This document shows positions 25,366 through 39,775 of a stretch of DNA of 64,000 nucleotides, piece by piece (the stretch's first letter is position 1; every line of letters starts with the position of its first letter). The stretch comes from a bacterium (GTDB lineage: Bacteria > Latescibacterota > Latescibacteria > Latescibacterales > Latescibacteraceae). Position numbers and translations under genes: made by a program. The notes beneath the pieces are model-generated. The model was not told the origin of the DNA and did no database searches. It saw nothing but the letters and a program-made list of their open reading frames with translations. The stretch is from NCBI GenBank assembly GCA_021372535.1, contig JAJFUH010000149.1, positions 10,803 through 74,802 of the forward strand, given 5' to 3'.

Positions 25366-26736
25366 ATGAATAAAAAACGTTTGGTTTTACATGCAGCAGC
25401 TGCCGGATTATATATTATGATTGCCGGCTGCGGTGCTCCGGCGAAACAGGTACATCCGGACGATACCACTCAGGAGCCATATCACGTCCTGCAGACAGCG
25501 AATACGGATTCATCTGCGGCCATCGTTCTGGATGAACACAGCGGCCTGAACGACTACCTCGCCTATGCCGCTCTTCACAATCCCGGGCTTGAGGCTGCAT
25601 TCAACCGGTGGCAAGCCGCCCTGGAAAAAATCCCTCAGGCACAGGCGCTGCCCGATCCCCGGCTCACCTATTCCTATTACATCGAAACTGTGGAAACCCG
25701 CGTAGGCCCGCAGAGGCACCGGTTCGATATTTCACAGACCTTCCCGTGGTTCGGGATCCGCGAACTCCGGGGAGATATTGCCCATGATGAAGCAGACGCG
25801 CTCCAGGAAACATTCGAAGCGATGAAGAGAACGCTTTTTTTGTCGGTCAAGCGGTCATACTTCGAATACTACTATCTTTCGCGGGCCATAAAGCTGAACG
25901 ATGAAAACCTGAAACTCCTCGGTACCATGGAAAATATCGCGCGGACAGGATACAGTTCGGGGAACGTGCAGTACCAGGATGTCATCAAGTTCCAGGTGGA
26001 AATCGGGAAGCTCGAAGAACGCCTTCTCAGCCTCAGGGATATGATCGTTCCCGTTACTGCTGAATTGAACGCGGCGCTCAACAGGCCGGTTTACGAAACG
26101 CTTCCGGCCCCGGAATCGATCCCCGATTCACTCGCTGTACCGACGGATGATTCGCTCCTCAGTCATCTTTCACAGGACAATCCCGAACTCAAAGCCCTCG
26201 ATTTCCGTATACACGAGGAAGAGAAATCAATCGACCTTGCCCGGAAACAGCTCTACCCTGACATTACACTCGGGGTCAATTACATCGAGACGGGGAAAGC
26301 TGTGATGCCCGGCGTCAAGAACAGCGGCAAAGACCCCGTCATGGGCATGTTCACGGTCAATCTTCCGATCTGGAGAGGGAAATACCATGCCGCGGTCAGA
26401 GAGGCGCAGGCCCGTCAGAAATCAGCCGTACAAATCCGGAATGCCCGTGAAAACAGCCTCGATGCCGATCTCAAGCGGGCGCTTTTCGATTTCCGGGATT
26501 CGGAGCGGAAAATCGATCTGTATAAAAATACGCTCATTCCCAAAGCGAACGAGTCGCTCGAAGTCTCACTCCGGGCGTTTGAGGCCGGAAAATCCGATTT
26601 TCTCAACCTGATCGACTCCCAGAGAACACTGCTCGAATTCGAGCTTTCATATGAACGCGCAAAAAGTGACCGCGCCCGTGCCTTTGCAGAAATTGAATTC
26701 CTTGCCGGCGAAAATCCTTCGGATAATCGCCGTTGA
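25366..26736 (+). CDS. TolC-family outer-membrane efflux lipoprotein (CusC/CzcC-like)
   Basis: 456 aa. Lipobox IAGC and a two-repeat coiled OMF architecture. First gene of an OMF-MFP-RND operon, with an AAGGGGAG RBS. Confidence 0.8.
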   Translation: MNKKRLVLHAAAAGLYIMIAGCGAPAKQVHPDDTTQEPYHVLQTANTDSSAAIVLDEHSGLNDYLAYAALHNPGLEAAFNRWQAALEKIPQAQALPDPRLTYSYYIETVETRVGPQRHRFDISQTFPWFGIRELRGDIAHDEADALQETFEAMKRTLFLSVKRSYFEYYYLSRAIKLNDENLKLLGTMENIARTGYSSGNVQYQDVIKFQVEIGKLEERLLSLRDMIVPVTAELNAALNRPVYETLPAPESIPDSLAVPTDDSLLSHLSQDNPELKALDFRIHEEEKSIDLARKQLYPDITLGVNYIETGKAVMPGVKNSGKDPVMGMFTVNLPIWRGKYHAAVREAQARQKSAVQIRNARENSLDADLKRALFDFRDSERKIDLYKNTLIPKANESLEVSLRAFEAGKSDFLNLIDSQRTLLEFELSYERAKSDRARAFAEIEFLAGENPSDNRR

Positions 26737-26765
26737 CACATAGTAAAACGAAAGGGGTGGTACCC

Positions 26766-28700
26766 ATGACATCAGGAATTGTGAAACAAACGCTTACAAA
26801 GTTAAAGCTGCCTGTTTTGATACTTCTTACCTTTTCCGTCGGTTTTCTCTTACGGGGCGGTAATAAGAATCAGAGCCAGTATCCCGTTATCAACACGACT
26901 GCCAATGAGCAGGAAACACAGATATGGACATGCTCGATGCATCCACAGATCAGGCAGAACCATCCAGGCCAGTGCCCTATCTGCGGCATGGACCTGATTC
27001 CCGTAACGACCGAGCACGCTGAAGAAGGACTCGGCCCCCGTGAGCTGAAGCTTTCGCCGCGTGCGGTCAAGCTTGCCGAAGTACAGGTCGCGCCGGTGGA
27101 GCGCAGGTCAGTGACAAAAGACATCAGGCTGATCGGAAAGGTTGACTACGACGAAACCAGGGTTCGCACCATTTCCGCATGGTTCTCCGGGCGAATCGAC
27201 CGCCTCTATATCGATTTTACCGGTACCCCGGTATCGAAAGGCAACCGTCTCGCCGATCTCTACAGCCCCGATCTGTACAACGCCCAGCAGGAGTTTCTCC
27301 AGTCCCTGAAGGCGGCCGGACAGTTCCGGCAGGCGTCTCTTTCTTCGACCGGGGAACTGACACTCCGGGCAGTCGATGCCGCCCGTGAGAAACTCCGGCT
27401 GCTCGGCATGACGAGCGAGCAGATCGGGGAATTCGAACGTTCGGGTACACCTTCCGAGCATGTGACAATTTCAAGCACAATGGACGGCGTCGTTATCCAT
27501 AAAAACGCGGTCGAGGGCACCTATATCGCTACCGGAACTCCACTCTACACCATCGCCGATCTTTCACAGGTCTGGGTGAAGCTCGATGTCTATGAATCAG
27601 ACCTCGGATCGATACGGCTCGGCCAGGAAATGGAATTTACAGCTGATGCATATCCCGGCGAGGTATTCAAAGGAAAGATCGTCTTCATCGATCCCGTGCT
27701 CGACAATAAAACACGTACCGTCAAGGTACGTGTCAATGTTCCCAACCCGGCTGGCAGACTCAAACCCGAAATGTTCGTGCATGCCATCGTAAAATCGCCA
27801 TTATATTCCGCAGGACGGTCCTCCGCGCCGCCGCTCGTCATCCCGGCATCGGCTCCCCTCGTTACGGGTAAACGCGCGGTGGTGTATATCGAAGTGCCCG
27901 GTCGGGAAGCGACATACGAAGGCAGGGAGATAGTTCTCGGTCCCCGTGCAGGCAACTATTACATTGTAAAAGAAGGGCTTCTTGAGGGTGAGCGTGTCGT
28001 TGTCAACGGTAATTTCAAGATCGACAGCGCCCTCCAGATTCTCGCAAAGCCGAGCATGATGAATCCGGAGGGCGGTCTGGCTCCTGCCCATGACCATGGT
28101 CAGACCCCGGCAGTACAGGCAGCCATACAGATGGCGGGCGGTTCCGGAGCGCAGATGAAGCATGAAGAGACGGCGAAACAGGAGTCGGGGCCCTTGAAAG
28201 AACCCGAGCCGTTTGCCGTTCCCGATCAATTCAAGGCACAGCTCGACAGTGTTTATGCGTCCTATTTCAGGATACAGTATGCCCTGAGCCACGATTCGCT
28301 CGAAGGGGCGCATAAAGCCGGTGCGACTTTTCTCGGCGCGCTCGGCACGGTGAATATGGAGCTTCTCAAAGACAAAGCCCACATGGCATGGATGGATGAG
28401 CTTAACAACCTTAAAAAGAACGGTGACGCGGTATCAAAAGCGGGTACAATAGAAATCGCCCGCGCTGCGTTTGAGCCGCTGTCTGCCGTCATGATTCGTG
28501 TCGCGCACCGTTTCGGCACAACCGGCAGGGTGGCGGTTTACCGGTTCCACTGTCCCATGGCTTTCAACAACAAGGGCGCCGACTGGCTCCAGGGAAAAAC
28601 AGACCTCGAAAATCCCTGGTTCGGCTCGTCGATGCTCAAATGCGGGAGTCTGGAAGAGACGATTTCCGAAGGACCCGGCGAAACAGGCAGGAAGAAATAA
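26766..28700 (+). CDS. RND periplasmic adaptor (CusB/CzcB-like) with N-terminal Cys-rich metal-binding domain and C-terminal DUF3347-like domain
   Basis: 644 aa from ATG 26766 (GGGGTGG RBS); the track start is TTG 26733. WTCSMHPQI...CPICGM motif, an HlyD-type barrel-sandwich core, and C-terminal ...FHCPMAFNNKGADWLQ as in DUF3347. Confidence 0.8.
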   Translation: MTSGIVKQTLTKLKLPVLILLTFSVGFLLRGGNKNQSQYPVINTTANEQETQIWTCSMHPQIRQNHPGQCPICGMDLIPVTTEHAEEGLGPRELKLSPRAVKLAEVQVAPVERRSVTKDIRLIGKVDYDETRVRTISAWFSGRIDRLYIDFTGTPVSKGNRLADLYSPDLYNAQQEFLQSLKAAGQFRQASLSSTGELTLRAVDAAREKLRLLGMTSEQIGEFERSGTPSEHVTISSTMDGVVIHKNAVEGTYIATGTPLYTIADLSQVWVKLDVYESDLGSIRLGQEMEFTADAYPGEVFKGKIVFIDPVLDNKTRTVKVRVNVPNPAGRLKPEMFVHAIVKSPLYSAGRSSAPPLVIPASAPLVTGKRAVVYIEVPGREATYEGREIVLGPRAGNYYIVKEGLLEGERVVVNGNFKIDSALQILAKPSMMNPEGGLAPAHDHGQTPAVQAAIQMAGGSGAQMKHEETAKQESGPLKEPEPFAVPDQFKAQLDSVYASYFRIQYALSHDSLEGAHKAGATFLGALGTVNMELLKDKAHMAWMDELNNLKKNGDAVSKAGTIEIARAAFEPLSAVMIRVAHRFGTTGRVAVYRFHCPMAFNNKGADWLQGKTDLENPWFGSSMLKCGSLEETISEGPGETGRKK

Positions 28701-28715
28701 CACCATGAGGCAAGT

Positions 28716-32618
<3,903 letters not shown>

Positions 32619-32920
32619 TTCCAGTGTTCCGGGATTATCGTTCCGCTCATGAATACTTTGACCTGGCTGTCTGCTTCCCTGCACTGTAACTGCCGGAAAT
32701 GAAAACTGTCCATGCTGACCACACCTTCAATTTTCCCTGACAGCATTATCAGTTCAGTTTTTTGTTACATATTTTGTTCATGTCAATTATATTTTATACA
32801 GGTAATTTAAAAAAACTGCATTATTCTATCGGCAGACATTTCAGGCTTTGCCGTCATTCTGCGAAAATTTTGTATTGTTTAATTATAATAACCTTATCAT
32901 TTAAAAGGAGTTATCATAAC

Positions 32921-33733
32921 GTGCGTGTCATCATTCAGAAAGACTATGACTGCGTGAGCGCCTGGGCGGCGGCGTTCATCGCCTCCTATATCAGAACCGC
33001 TCAGCCCGATTCCGCAAAACCGTTTGTACTTGGGCTCCCCACCGGCTCGACACCGCTCGGGATGTACCGGGAGCTTATCAAACTCTATAAAGCAAAGATT
33101 ATCTCCTTTGCCAATATCGTCACATTCAACATGGACGAGTATGTCGGCATTCCCGAAGATCATCCCGAAAGCTATCATTCGTTCATGTGGCAGAACTTTT
33201 TCAGTCATATCGATATTCCCCGCGAAAACGTCAACATCCTCAACGGCAATGCGAAAGACCTTCAGCAGGAATGCGACACGTATGAGGAAAAGATCAAATC
33301 CTACGGCGGCATCGATATCTTTGTCGGCGGAGTCGGCCCGGACGGTCACATAGCGTTCAATGAGCCCGGTTCTTCCCTCACGAGCCGTACACGGATCAAG
33401 ACGCTCACCAAGGACACGCTGATCGCCAATTCCCGATTCTTCGACAATGATGTCAACAAGGTGCCTAAAACGGCTCTTACGGTCGGTGTGGGGACAGTAA
33501 TGGATGCCCGCCGTGTCATGCTCCTCGTAACCGGACATAACAAGGCCCGGGCTCTTCACATGGGTGTCGAGGGCGGCGTCAACCACATGTGGACCATATC
33601 GACACTCCAGCTCCACCGTCATGCGGTCATCGTGAGCGATGAAGATGCAACCATGGAATTGAAGGTCGGGACTGTCCGGTACTTCAAGGACATCGAGTCC
33701 CCCAATATGGACCCGAAAAGCATGCTGAAATAA
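32921..33733 (+). CDS. nagB: glucosamine-6-phosphate deaminase
   Basis: 270 aa from GTG 32921 (AAAGGAG 9 nt upstream). [14 protein letters not shown] and [16 protein letters not shown] motifs. The N-terminal 53 codons of the track ORF lack similarity to the family and precede the RBS. Confidence 0.9.
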   Translation: MRVIIQKDYDCVSAWAAAFIASYIRTAQPDSAKPFVLGLPTGSTPLGMYRELIKLYKAKIISFANIVTFNMDEYVGIPEDHPESYHSFMWQNFFSHIDIPRENVNILNGNAKDLQQECDTYEEKIKSYGGIDIFVGGVGPDGHIAFNEPGSSLTSRTRIKTLTKDTLIANSRFFDNDVNKVPKTALTVGVGTVMDARRVMLLVTGHNKARALHMGVEGGVNHMWTISTLQLHRHAVIVSDEDATMELKVGTVRYFKDIESPNMDPKSMLK

Positions 33734-33810
33734 TATCTGTCACAGATATAATAAATCCCTGGATTCATTGAATGTCGAAACGTTAACGGCTCAATAAAGG
33801 TGTCAGTATA

Positions 33811-35085
33811 ATGAGGCTTATAATTTTTGAACATGAAGGTTTGCAGCATCTCTACCCTCTTACATATCTACGGGCTTCTTTCGAACTCCGCTGCGGTCAT
33901 ACGACGCTCGGAGAAAAAATTCGCCGCGCGGCAGGCCCGGTTTCCGGAACTTCATACTGGGTTCGCGATATCCTGAAACCCGTAATCAGCAAGCGGTTTA
34001 CAGGATGCGCTGTCAACGACCCGGCAATGTTTACCGGCGAGGAACTCCTCCTGGTCGATGGCCGTGTGCTTGCTCTCGAAAAGCTGCCCGTTCCAGTAAA
34101 CGAAGGGATAATCACCCACGGCGGCTGTACGGTGATCGCACGGATCAGTGCAAAAACCGCGGAAGCCCTTGACAGCGGCAATATCGGATCGTTTCTCGAA
34201 TCCGCCAAGAGAGTTGTTCCCGTTCAGGAACAGACGGTGCCGCTTATTGAGTATCCGTGGAATCTCATCCATCACAATCCAGAGGCGATTGCCGCAGATT
34301 TCAAGGCGGCGGGCAAATCAGGCATCGAAGGCTCGATGGACAGGCTTTCTTGTATCTATGGCCCTGCAGACAGGTGCTATATAGCGAAGGGGGCGGAGAT
34401 TCATCCGATGGTTGTCATTGACACCAAAGGCGGCCCGGTAACCATAGAAAAAGATGCCATCGTGTTCCCCCATTCGAGGATCGAGGGACCCGCATACATC
34501 GGCCCGCGCACCCAGATCGTAGGCGGTAAAATCCGCGAGGGATGCTCGTTCGGCCCCGAATGCCGTGTGGGCGGCGAGGTCGAGGAATCGATCATCCACG
34601 GGTACTCCAACAAGTATCACGACGGTTTTCTCGGGCATGCGTATGTCTGCGAATGGGTCAATCTCGGGGCTCTCACTACGAATTCGGACCTGAAGAATGA
34701 TTATTCCTCGGTGGAAGTCAAAATCGGGAAAACGACATACGATACGGGAAGCACGAAAGTCGGCTCGTTCATTGGCGACCATACCAAAACATCCATCGGA
34801 ACGCTCCTCAACACGGGAAGCACCATCGGAGTCATGTGCCTGCTCATGGCTGCCGGGGCGCCGCTTCCGAAATACATACCGGGCTTCGCATGGTTTCTCA
34901 ACGGCAGGTTTTCACCGGGCGCCGGTTTTAAAAGCCTGCTCAGAACGGCGCACGGAGCTGTGGCGCGGCGTAAATGTTCCCTCACCGAAGAAGATACGGA
35001 GCTTCTCAGGGCAGTGTACGACATGACGAAGGAAGAACGCGACCCGCTCGTGAAACGCGACTCGAAAGCGATGCTGCGGCGATAA
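33811..35085 (+). CDS. GlmU-like sugar nucleotidyltransferase / left-handed beta-helix acyltransferase family protein
   Basis: 424 aa. The central and C-terminal region is rich in hexapeptide-type repeats (IGPRTQIVGGKIREGCSFGPECRVGGEV...). It resembles the alternative bacterial GlmU-type family as I recall it. Confidence 0.5.
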   Translation: MRLIIFEHEGLQHLYPLTYLRASFELRCGHTTLGEKIRRAAGPVSGTSYWVRDILKPVISKRFTGCAVNDPAMFTGEELLLVDGRVLALEKLPVPVNEGIITHGGCTVIARISAKTAEALDSGNIGSFLESAKRVVPVQEQTVPLIEYPWNLIHHNPEAIAADFKAAGKSGIEGSMDRLSCIYGPADRCYIAKGAEIHPMVVIDTKGGPVTIEKDAIVFPHSRIEGPAYIGPRTQIVGGKIREGCSFGPECRVGGEVEESIIHGYSNKYHDGFLGHAYVCEWVNLGALTTNSDLKNDYSSVEVKIGKTTYDTGSTKVGSFIGDHTKTSIGTLLNTGSTIGVMCLLMAAGAPLPKYIPGFAWFLNGRFSPGAGFKSLLRTAHGAVARRKCSLTEEDTELLRAVYDMTKEERDPLVKRDSKAMLRR

Positions 35086-35181
35086 ATTCGGTAACGAGTG
35101 ACTTTTTTATAGCATAAAATATCGAATTTCATTTACCTTTATTTTTGGCCCTTTATAAAATTTCAAGGAGGATACAAAACT

Positions 35182-35430
35182 ATGACCCGTGATGAAATCC
35201 TGAAACGTGTCAGGACAGTGACCGCCACAATTTTAAATATCGACGAGGCCGAATGTGCTGAAGACAAGAGCTTCACAGCCGACCTTGGCGCAGAATCGAT
35301 CCAGTCGGTCGAGCTCATGGCCGGATTCAACGCCGAATTCGATATCGAGATGGATGAGGACGGCGCGCTTGAATGTGAAACGATAGGATCTGCGGTCGAT
35401 TTTATTGCCCCCTATGTAAGCGGCAAATGA
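35182..35430 (+). CDS. acyl carrier protein
   Basis: 82 aa. DLGAESIQSVELM is the phosphopantetheine-attachment motif, with E in place of the usual D before the Ser. AAGGAGG RBS. Confidence 0.75.
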   Translation: MTRDEILKRVRTVTATILNIDEAECAEDKSFTADLGAESIQSVELMAGFNAEFDIEMDEDGALECETIGSAVDFIAPYVSGK

Positions 35431-35508
35431 TCGGACTGTGTAATTTTCTGTATGACCGTATTACAGTAAGTCCATGGGGCCGGACTGAGCCCTCCTCTTA
35501 TCAATACA

Positions 35509-36912
35509 ATGACTATACAGAACAGACAGAGAGGAATACCAGTGATACACGACATTGACAAACCCAACCTCATTGAGGATATATTTCCCCATTCGATTCC
35601 TCCCAGGATAACATTCGACAATCCTGTGGTGGAAATCATCGACGGCAGGCAGGTCACTTTCGATCCCGGATCTGTTGTCACCCGTGACATTTTCATAACG
35701 GATACGACGTTCCGGGACGGGCAGCAGTCACGGCCACCGTACACTACCGATCAGATGGTCGAGATTTACCGGCTGCTTTCCCGCATGGGCGGCCCGAACG
35801 GAGTCATCCGCCAGACCGAGTTCTTCCTCTATACCCCCAACGACCGTGAAACACTCGACAAATGCCGCAGCCTCGGCCTCCGTTATCCCGAGATCACCGG
35901 CTGGATACGCGCCATCAAGGGCGATTTCAGGCTCGTCAAGGAAATGGGGCTGAAAGAAACGGGCATGCTGACCAGCTCCTCGGATTACCACATCTTCTAC
36001 AAGCAGAAACAGACCCGTCAAAAGGCGTTTGACACCTATATCGGCGTCGTGGAAGCAGCTTTCGAGGCGGGTGTCCGCCCGCGGTGTCATCTCGAGGATG
36101 TGACCCGCGCGGATATCAAGGGTTTCGTGATACCGTTCGTACAAAAACTGAGCGAGTTATCCGAACAGGTCCCCGATGACATGAAGGTGAAAATCAGGCT
36201 CTGCGACACCATGGGCTTTGGCATTTCCTATCCGGGCGCATCGGAACCGCGGAGCATCCCGAAGCTCGTGTACCGCATGATCAACGACTGCGGCATATCC
36301 TCCGACCGTCTCGAATGGCACGGGCACAACGATTTCCACAAGGTGCACGTCAACGCCATGACCGCATGGCTTTACGGCTGCAACGCCGCAAACACAACGC
36401 TGTTCGGATTCGGCGAGCGATGCGGTAATCCCCCGCTCGAATCGGCGCTCATGGAATATATTGCGCTCAAGGGCGATCTCTGCGGCATCGATACGAAAAT
36501 CATCACCGAGACGGCACGGTATTTCGAAAAGGAAATGGGCGTCACGCTTCCCGCAAACTACCCGTTCGTGGGCAGGGATTTCAACACCACCCGCGCCGGT
36601 ATCCATGCAGGAGGACTCAACCGTGACGAGCGTATCTATACGATTTTCGACACCGTCGCTCTCCTCGGCCGCGAGCCCCGTGTCGCCATAACGGATAAAA
36701 CCGGTATCGACGGCGTCGTTCACTGGGTCAACGATTTTCTCGGCCTTTCCGGCGAGGACCGTCTCGGCGCCATAGCCTGCGTGAAGATCGGCCGCTGGGT
36801 CGACGATCAGTACAAGGTGCACGGTCGTCTGACCACCATTTCCGATGAGGAGCTCGAAGCCAAGGTCAAAGAGCACCTGCCGGAATACTACGTAAAGCGG
36901 AAAGGCAAATAG
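35509..36912 (+). CDS. LeuA/NifV (HMGL-like) family synthase; candidate homocitrate/citramalate/Re-citrate synthase-type enzyme
   Basis: 467 aa. DTTFRDGQQ motif, HxH metal site (EWHGHNDFH) and TIM-barrel pattern. Substrate specificity cannot be assigned from the sequence alone. Confidence 0.7.
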   Translation: MTIQNRQRGIPVIHDIDKPNLIEDIFPHSIPPRITFDNPVVEIIDGRQVTFDPGSVVTRDIFITDTTFRDGQQSRPPYTTDQMVEIYRLLSRMGGPNGVIRQTEFFLYTPNDRETLDKCRSLGLRYPEITGWIRAIKGDFRLVKEMGLKETGMLTSSSDYHIFYKQKQTRQKAFDTYIGVVEAAFEAGVRPRCHLEDVTRADIKGFVIPFVQKLSELSEQVPDDMKVKIRLCDTMGFGISYPGASEPRSIPKLVYRMINDCGISSDRLEWHGHNDFHKVHVNAMTAWLYGCNAANTTLFGFGERCGNPPLESALMEYIALKGDLCGIDTKIITETARYFEKEMGVTLPANYPFVGRDFNTTRAGIHAGGLNRDERIYTIFDTVALLGREPRVAITDKTGIDGVVHWVNDFLGLSGEDRLGAIACVKIGRWVDDQYKVHGRLTTISDEELEAKVKEHLPEYYVKRKGK

Positions 36913-36940
36913 ACTATACTTTCCGGCATTCCGTTATCGA

Positions 36941-36965
36941 GGGTCTCTTCCGGAGACCCTTTTTT
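36941..36965 (+). terminator. intrinsic terminator
   Basis: GGGTCTC (36941-36947) pairs with GAGACCC (36953-36959), followed by TTTTTT (36960-36965). Confidence 0.8.
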
Positions 36966-37017
36966 ATTGAACAAGGGCAATTTTAAGCGTCTTTGAATAC
37001 TATTTTCCCCTTTTTAC

Positions 37018-37046
37018 TTGACAAAACGGGGAATAGAATATAATAT
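37018..37046 (+). promoter_or_regulatory. candidate sigma-70-type promoter
   Basis: TTGACA (37018-37023), a 17-nt spacer, then TAATAT (37041-37046), upstream of the DUF3160-like gene. Confidence 0.5.
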
Positions 37047-37133
37047 GCAAATGGACATTTATTCCGTATCATCGTGTGATTACAAATGACGTCAGCCATG
37101 TTTACGTGCTCGAATAAAGAAAACTGCCATTAC

Positions 37134-39692
37134 ATGATACAGAAGATATTACAGACTATTTACATCTTCATACTTCTTCTTTTATTTCTATCGGAACATT
37201 CATCAGCCCAGAGCGGATTCAGTACCGAACGATACCGCAGCTTTCTTAACACCACCGAAAATCTCACGAGCGAAGAAGCGCTCAACCGCCATGCGCTCAA
37301 AAACACCTACTACAGCGATATGAACGCCGCATCAACGAGCTCAGTGGCGTATCTCGATTCGGTAATCATCAAATTCGGTCTCACCCATGACGAGATAGAA
37401 CTCCTTGAGAAGAACAACTTCGTGGTGACGGAGCGTGTCAATTCACTCTTTGCACCGATGTTTCACACTATTTACGGGTACGATCTGCCGGTATTCGTTT
37501 CGACCGATGCCATCCTCCAGGCGCTCCATGCATCGTATGACAGAATTCTCATGGGTCTCGAAGCCGATATTCTCGAACCGAACCTTGAAGAATTCCTGGA
37601 GGCGATGTATTCCTCCTATCCCATGCTGCTCGAAAAGTATAAATCCGAGGAACAACTGAATCAGGCGCTCGAAGACGTGGACCTGTATGTGACCATGGCA
37701 AAATCCCTGCTTGCGGATACAAAACTGTCTCCTCGATATGTATCCCAAATAACATTCGATACCGTCTGGGATGCCGTTCAGTCGGAGCAGATGGTCGAAA
37801 TGCCCCTCTTTTCCGAGCACGGGCGAAAGCTCGATTTCAGCCAGTTCACCGTCAGAGGGCACTATGCCGTCAGTGAACCCGGATACCATCTGGGGCCATA
37901 CTTCAAGACAATGATGTGGCTCGGACGCATGGATTTTCTGCTTACCGCTCCCCCGGATTTTGGCGGCTCGTCCTGGGATGACGATCTGCGGAGAATGAGC
38001 CTCGGCACGGTACTCCTCAACGAGCTCGTCGATCTTTCGGGAAAGCGGGCCCTGTTGAACGAGAACGACAGGATCGTTACCTTCATGGTCGGCGAAAGCG
38101 ACAACCTCACCCCGACGGAGCTTGACGATATTCTCGAATCTCTCGGAATTTCCGGCGCGGATGACCTGCTCGATGAGTCCACATACGGGAAGTTTACGAA
38201 AACCGTGGAAGAATCGGTCAATGCCGGGCAGCGGATCCTCTCGAATTTCTTTATTATGGACCCGTTCAGCGCCGAGCCTGACAAGCTTCCCGTCTCGTTC
38301 AGGCTCATGGGTCAGCGGTTCATCATCGATTCGTATATCTTTTCAAATGTCGTGTACGACCGCATCATCTATGAAGAACGTAAAATCTGGCGCCCCATGC
38401 CTGACCCTCTCGATGCCATGTTCGTGCTCGGAAACGACGACGCCCTGCAGTTACTGAAGAAAGAACTGGATACCTACAAATATTCATCGCAGCTCACCTC
38501 GCTGAGGTACCTCGTGGATGCTTATGATAATTCGTTCTGGGAACAGTCGCTCTACAATACCTGGCTTGAAGCAATCCGCCGCCTGAATCCTCCGGTGGAC
38601 CGAAACGGTTTCCCGGATTTCATGCTTACCGCCGCCTGGCAGCAGGAAAAACTGAACACACAGCTTGCCTCGTGGGCGCAGCTCCGGCATGATACGCTGC
38701 TTTATGCAAAACAATCGTATACGGGCGGATCACTGTGCTCTTTTCCCCATTCGTTCGTCGAGCCTTATCCGGCGTTCTACCGTCAAATCGGGCATTTCGG
38801 AGAATTGGCATACGACTATTTTTCAAATTTTCCCTCCGGCAACACGAGATTAAAAAGTATTTCCGGTTACTTTTCACGGCTGCATGACATTATGGTAACA
38901 CTGGAGGGGATTGCCGGAAAAGAGCTCGCAGGCCAGCAGTTCAGCGCCGAAGAGACGTCATTTCTTCAAACCATGCTGTTTAGAGAAAGCGGGAGCGGAG
39001 CGCCACCGTTTTCAGGATGGTATGCCGATCTTTTCTATATCACCGATGACGCTCTCAAAAACGATTTAACAATTGCCGATGTCCATACCCAGCCTACAGA
39101 CGAGTTCGGCGGTATTGTCGGCAGAGTGCTTCATGTGGGAACGGGTAAGGTCAATCTTGGCGTATTCATAGCCGAATCACCTTCAAACGGATTCATTCCC
39201 ACGGCGTTTGTCGGACCGGTCATGTCATACTATGAAACAATCACGGATCAGTTTGACCGTCTGACTGATGAGCGCTGGATAAAAATGATTGCGACGGGCT
39301 CGCAACCCGACCGACCCGACTGGGTTAACAGCTATTGTGCAGACAGCAACGGCAATGTCCGGGAAAAAGGACGCGAACTGCCCTCCGTCCGGTTCTCCGA
39401 AACATCTGTCGAAAAGAATATTGAACCCGAATCGTTCGTACTTTTCAGAAATTATCCGAATCCGTTCAATCCGGTTACGACCGTTTCATACAGTGTGCCC
39501 GAATCGGGCAGAATTACGGTTACTGTTTATGACATTCTTGGCAGGAAAGTCGAAACCCTGGTCGATGCAGAACAGAGGACCGGCCAGTATTCCGTACAGT
39601 GGAATGCGGGGAACATTTCGAGCGGACTCTACTTCTGCCGCATACAGGCGGGTACATTTGAACGCACAATCAAGATGCTCCTGATGCGTTGA
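37134..39692 (+). CDS. secreted DUF3160-like protein with Por/T9SS C-terminal sorting domain
   Basis: A signal peptide follows ATG 37134 (MIQKILQTIYIFILLLLFLSEHSSAQ); an alternative ATG lies at 37086. The C-terminal ~80 aa (FRNYPNPFNPVTTVSY...VYDILGRKV...SGLYFCRIQAG...KMLLMR) match the T9SS type A sorting-domain pattern. The DUF3160 assignment of the body rests on memory (FTVRGHY region). Confidence 0.6.
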   Translation: MIQKILQTIYIFILLLLFLSEHSSAQSGFSTERYRSFLNTTENLTSEEALNRHALKNTYYSDMNAASTSSVAYLDSVIIKFGLTHDEIELLEKNNFVVTERVNSLFAPMFHTIYGYDLPVFVSTDAILQALHASYDRILMGLEADILEPNLEEFLEAMYSSYPMLLEKYKSEEQLNQALEDVDLYVTMAKSLLADTKLSPRYVSQITFDTVWDAVQSEQMVEMPLFSEHGRKLDFSQFTVRGHYAVSEPGYHLGPYFKTMMWLGRMDFLLTAPPDFGGSSWDDDLRRMSLGTVLLNELVDLSGKRALLNENDRIVTFMVGESDNLTPTELDDILESLGISGADDLLDESTYGKFTKTVEESVNAGQRILSNFFIMDPFSAEPDKLPVSFRLMGQRFIIDSYIFSNVVYDRIIYEERKIWRPMPDPLDAMFVLGNDDALQLLKKELDTYKYSSQLTSLRYLVDAYDNSFWEQSLYNTWLEAIRRLNPPVDRNGFPDFMLTAAWQQEKLNTQLASWAQLRHDTLLYAKQSYTGGSLCSFPHSFVEPYPAFYRQIGHFGELAYDYFSNFPSGNTRLKSISGYFSRLHDIMVTLEGIAGKELAGQQFSAEETSFLQTMLFRESGSGAPPFSGWYADLFYITDDALKNDLTIADVHTQPTDEFGGIVGRVLHVGTGKVNLGVFIAESPSNGFIPTAFVGPVMSYYETITDQFDRLTDERWIKMIATGSQPDRPDWVNSYCADSNGNVREKGRELPSVRFSETSVEKNIEPESFVLFRNYPNPFNPVTTVSYSVPESGRITVTVYDILGRKVETLVDAEQRTGQYSVQWNAGNISSGLYFCRIQAGTFERTIKMLLMR

Positions 39693-39775
39693 CACGACAG
39701 TCTCCGACTGTCAGGCCATCCGGAAATACTCTGTCATTCTCATGAATCGGCCGTATCGGTCGGTGAAACGACGAA

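Noticed and set aside
32762-32920. Upstream TTG start for nagB (track ORF 32762..33733)
   Set aside because: The extra 53 codons are AT-rich, hydrophobic and low-complexity, and they precede a good AAAGGAG RBS. The GTG at 32921 gives a 270-aa protein, matching the normal NagB length.
39696-39712. GACAGTC-TCC-GACTGTC hairpin between convergent genes as a bidirectional terminator
   Set aside because: The stem is only 7 bp with a 3-nt loop and has no U-tract on either strand. That is too weak to call.
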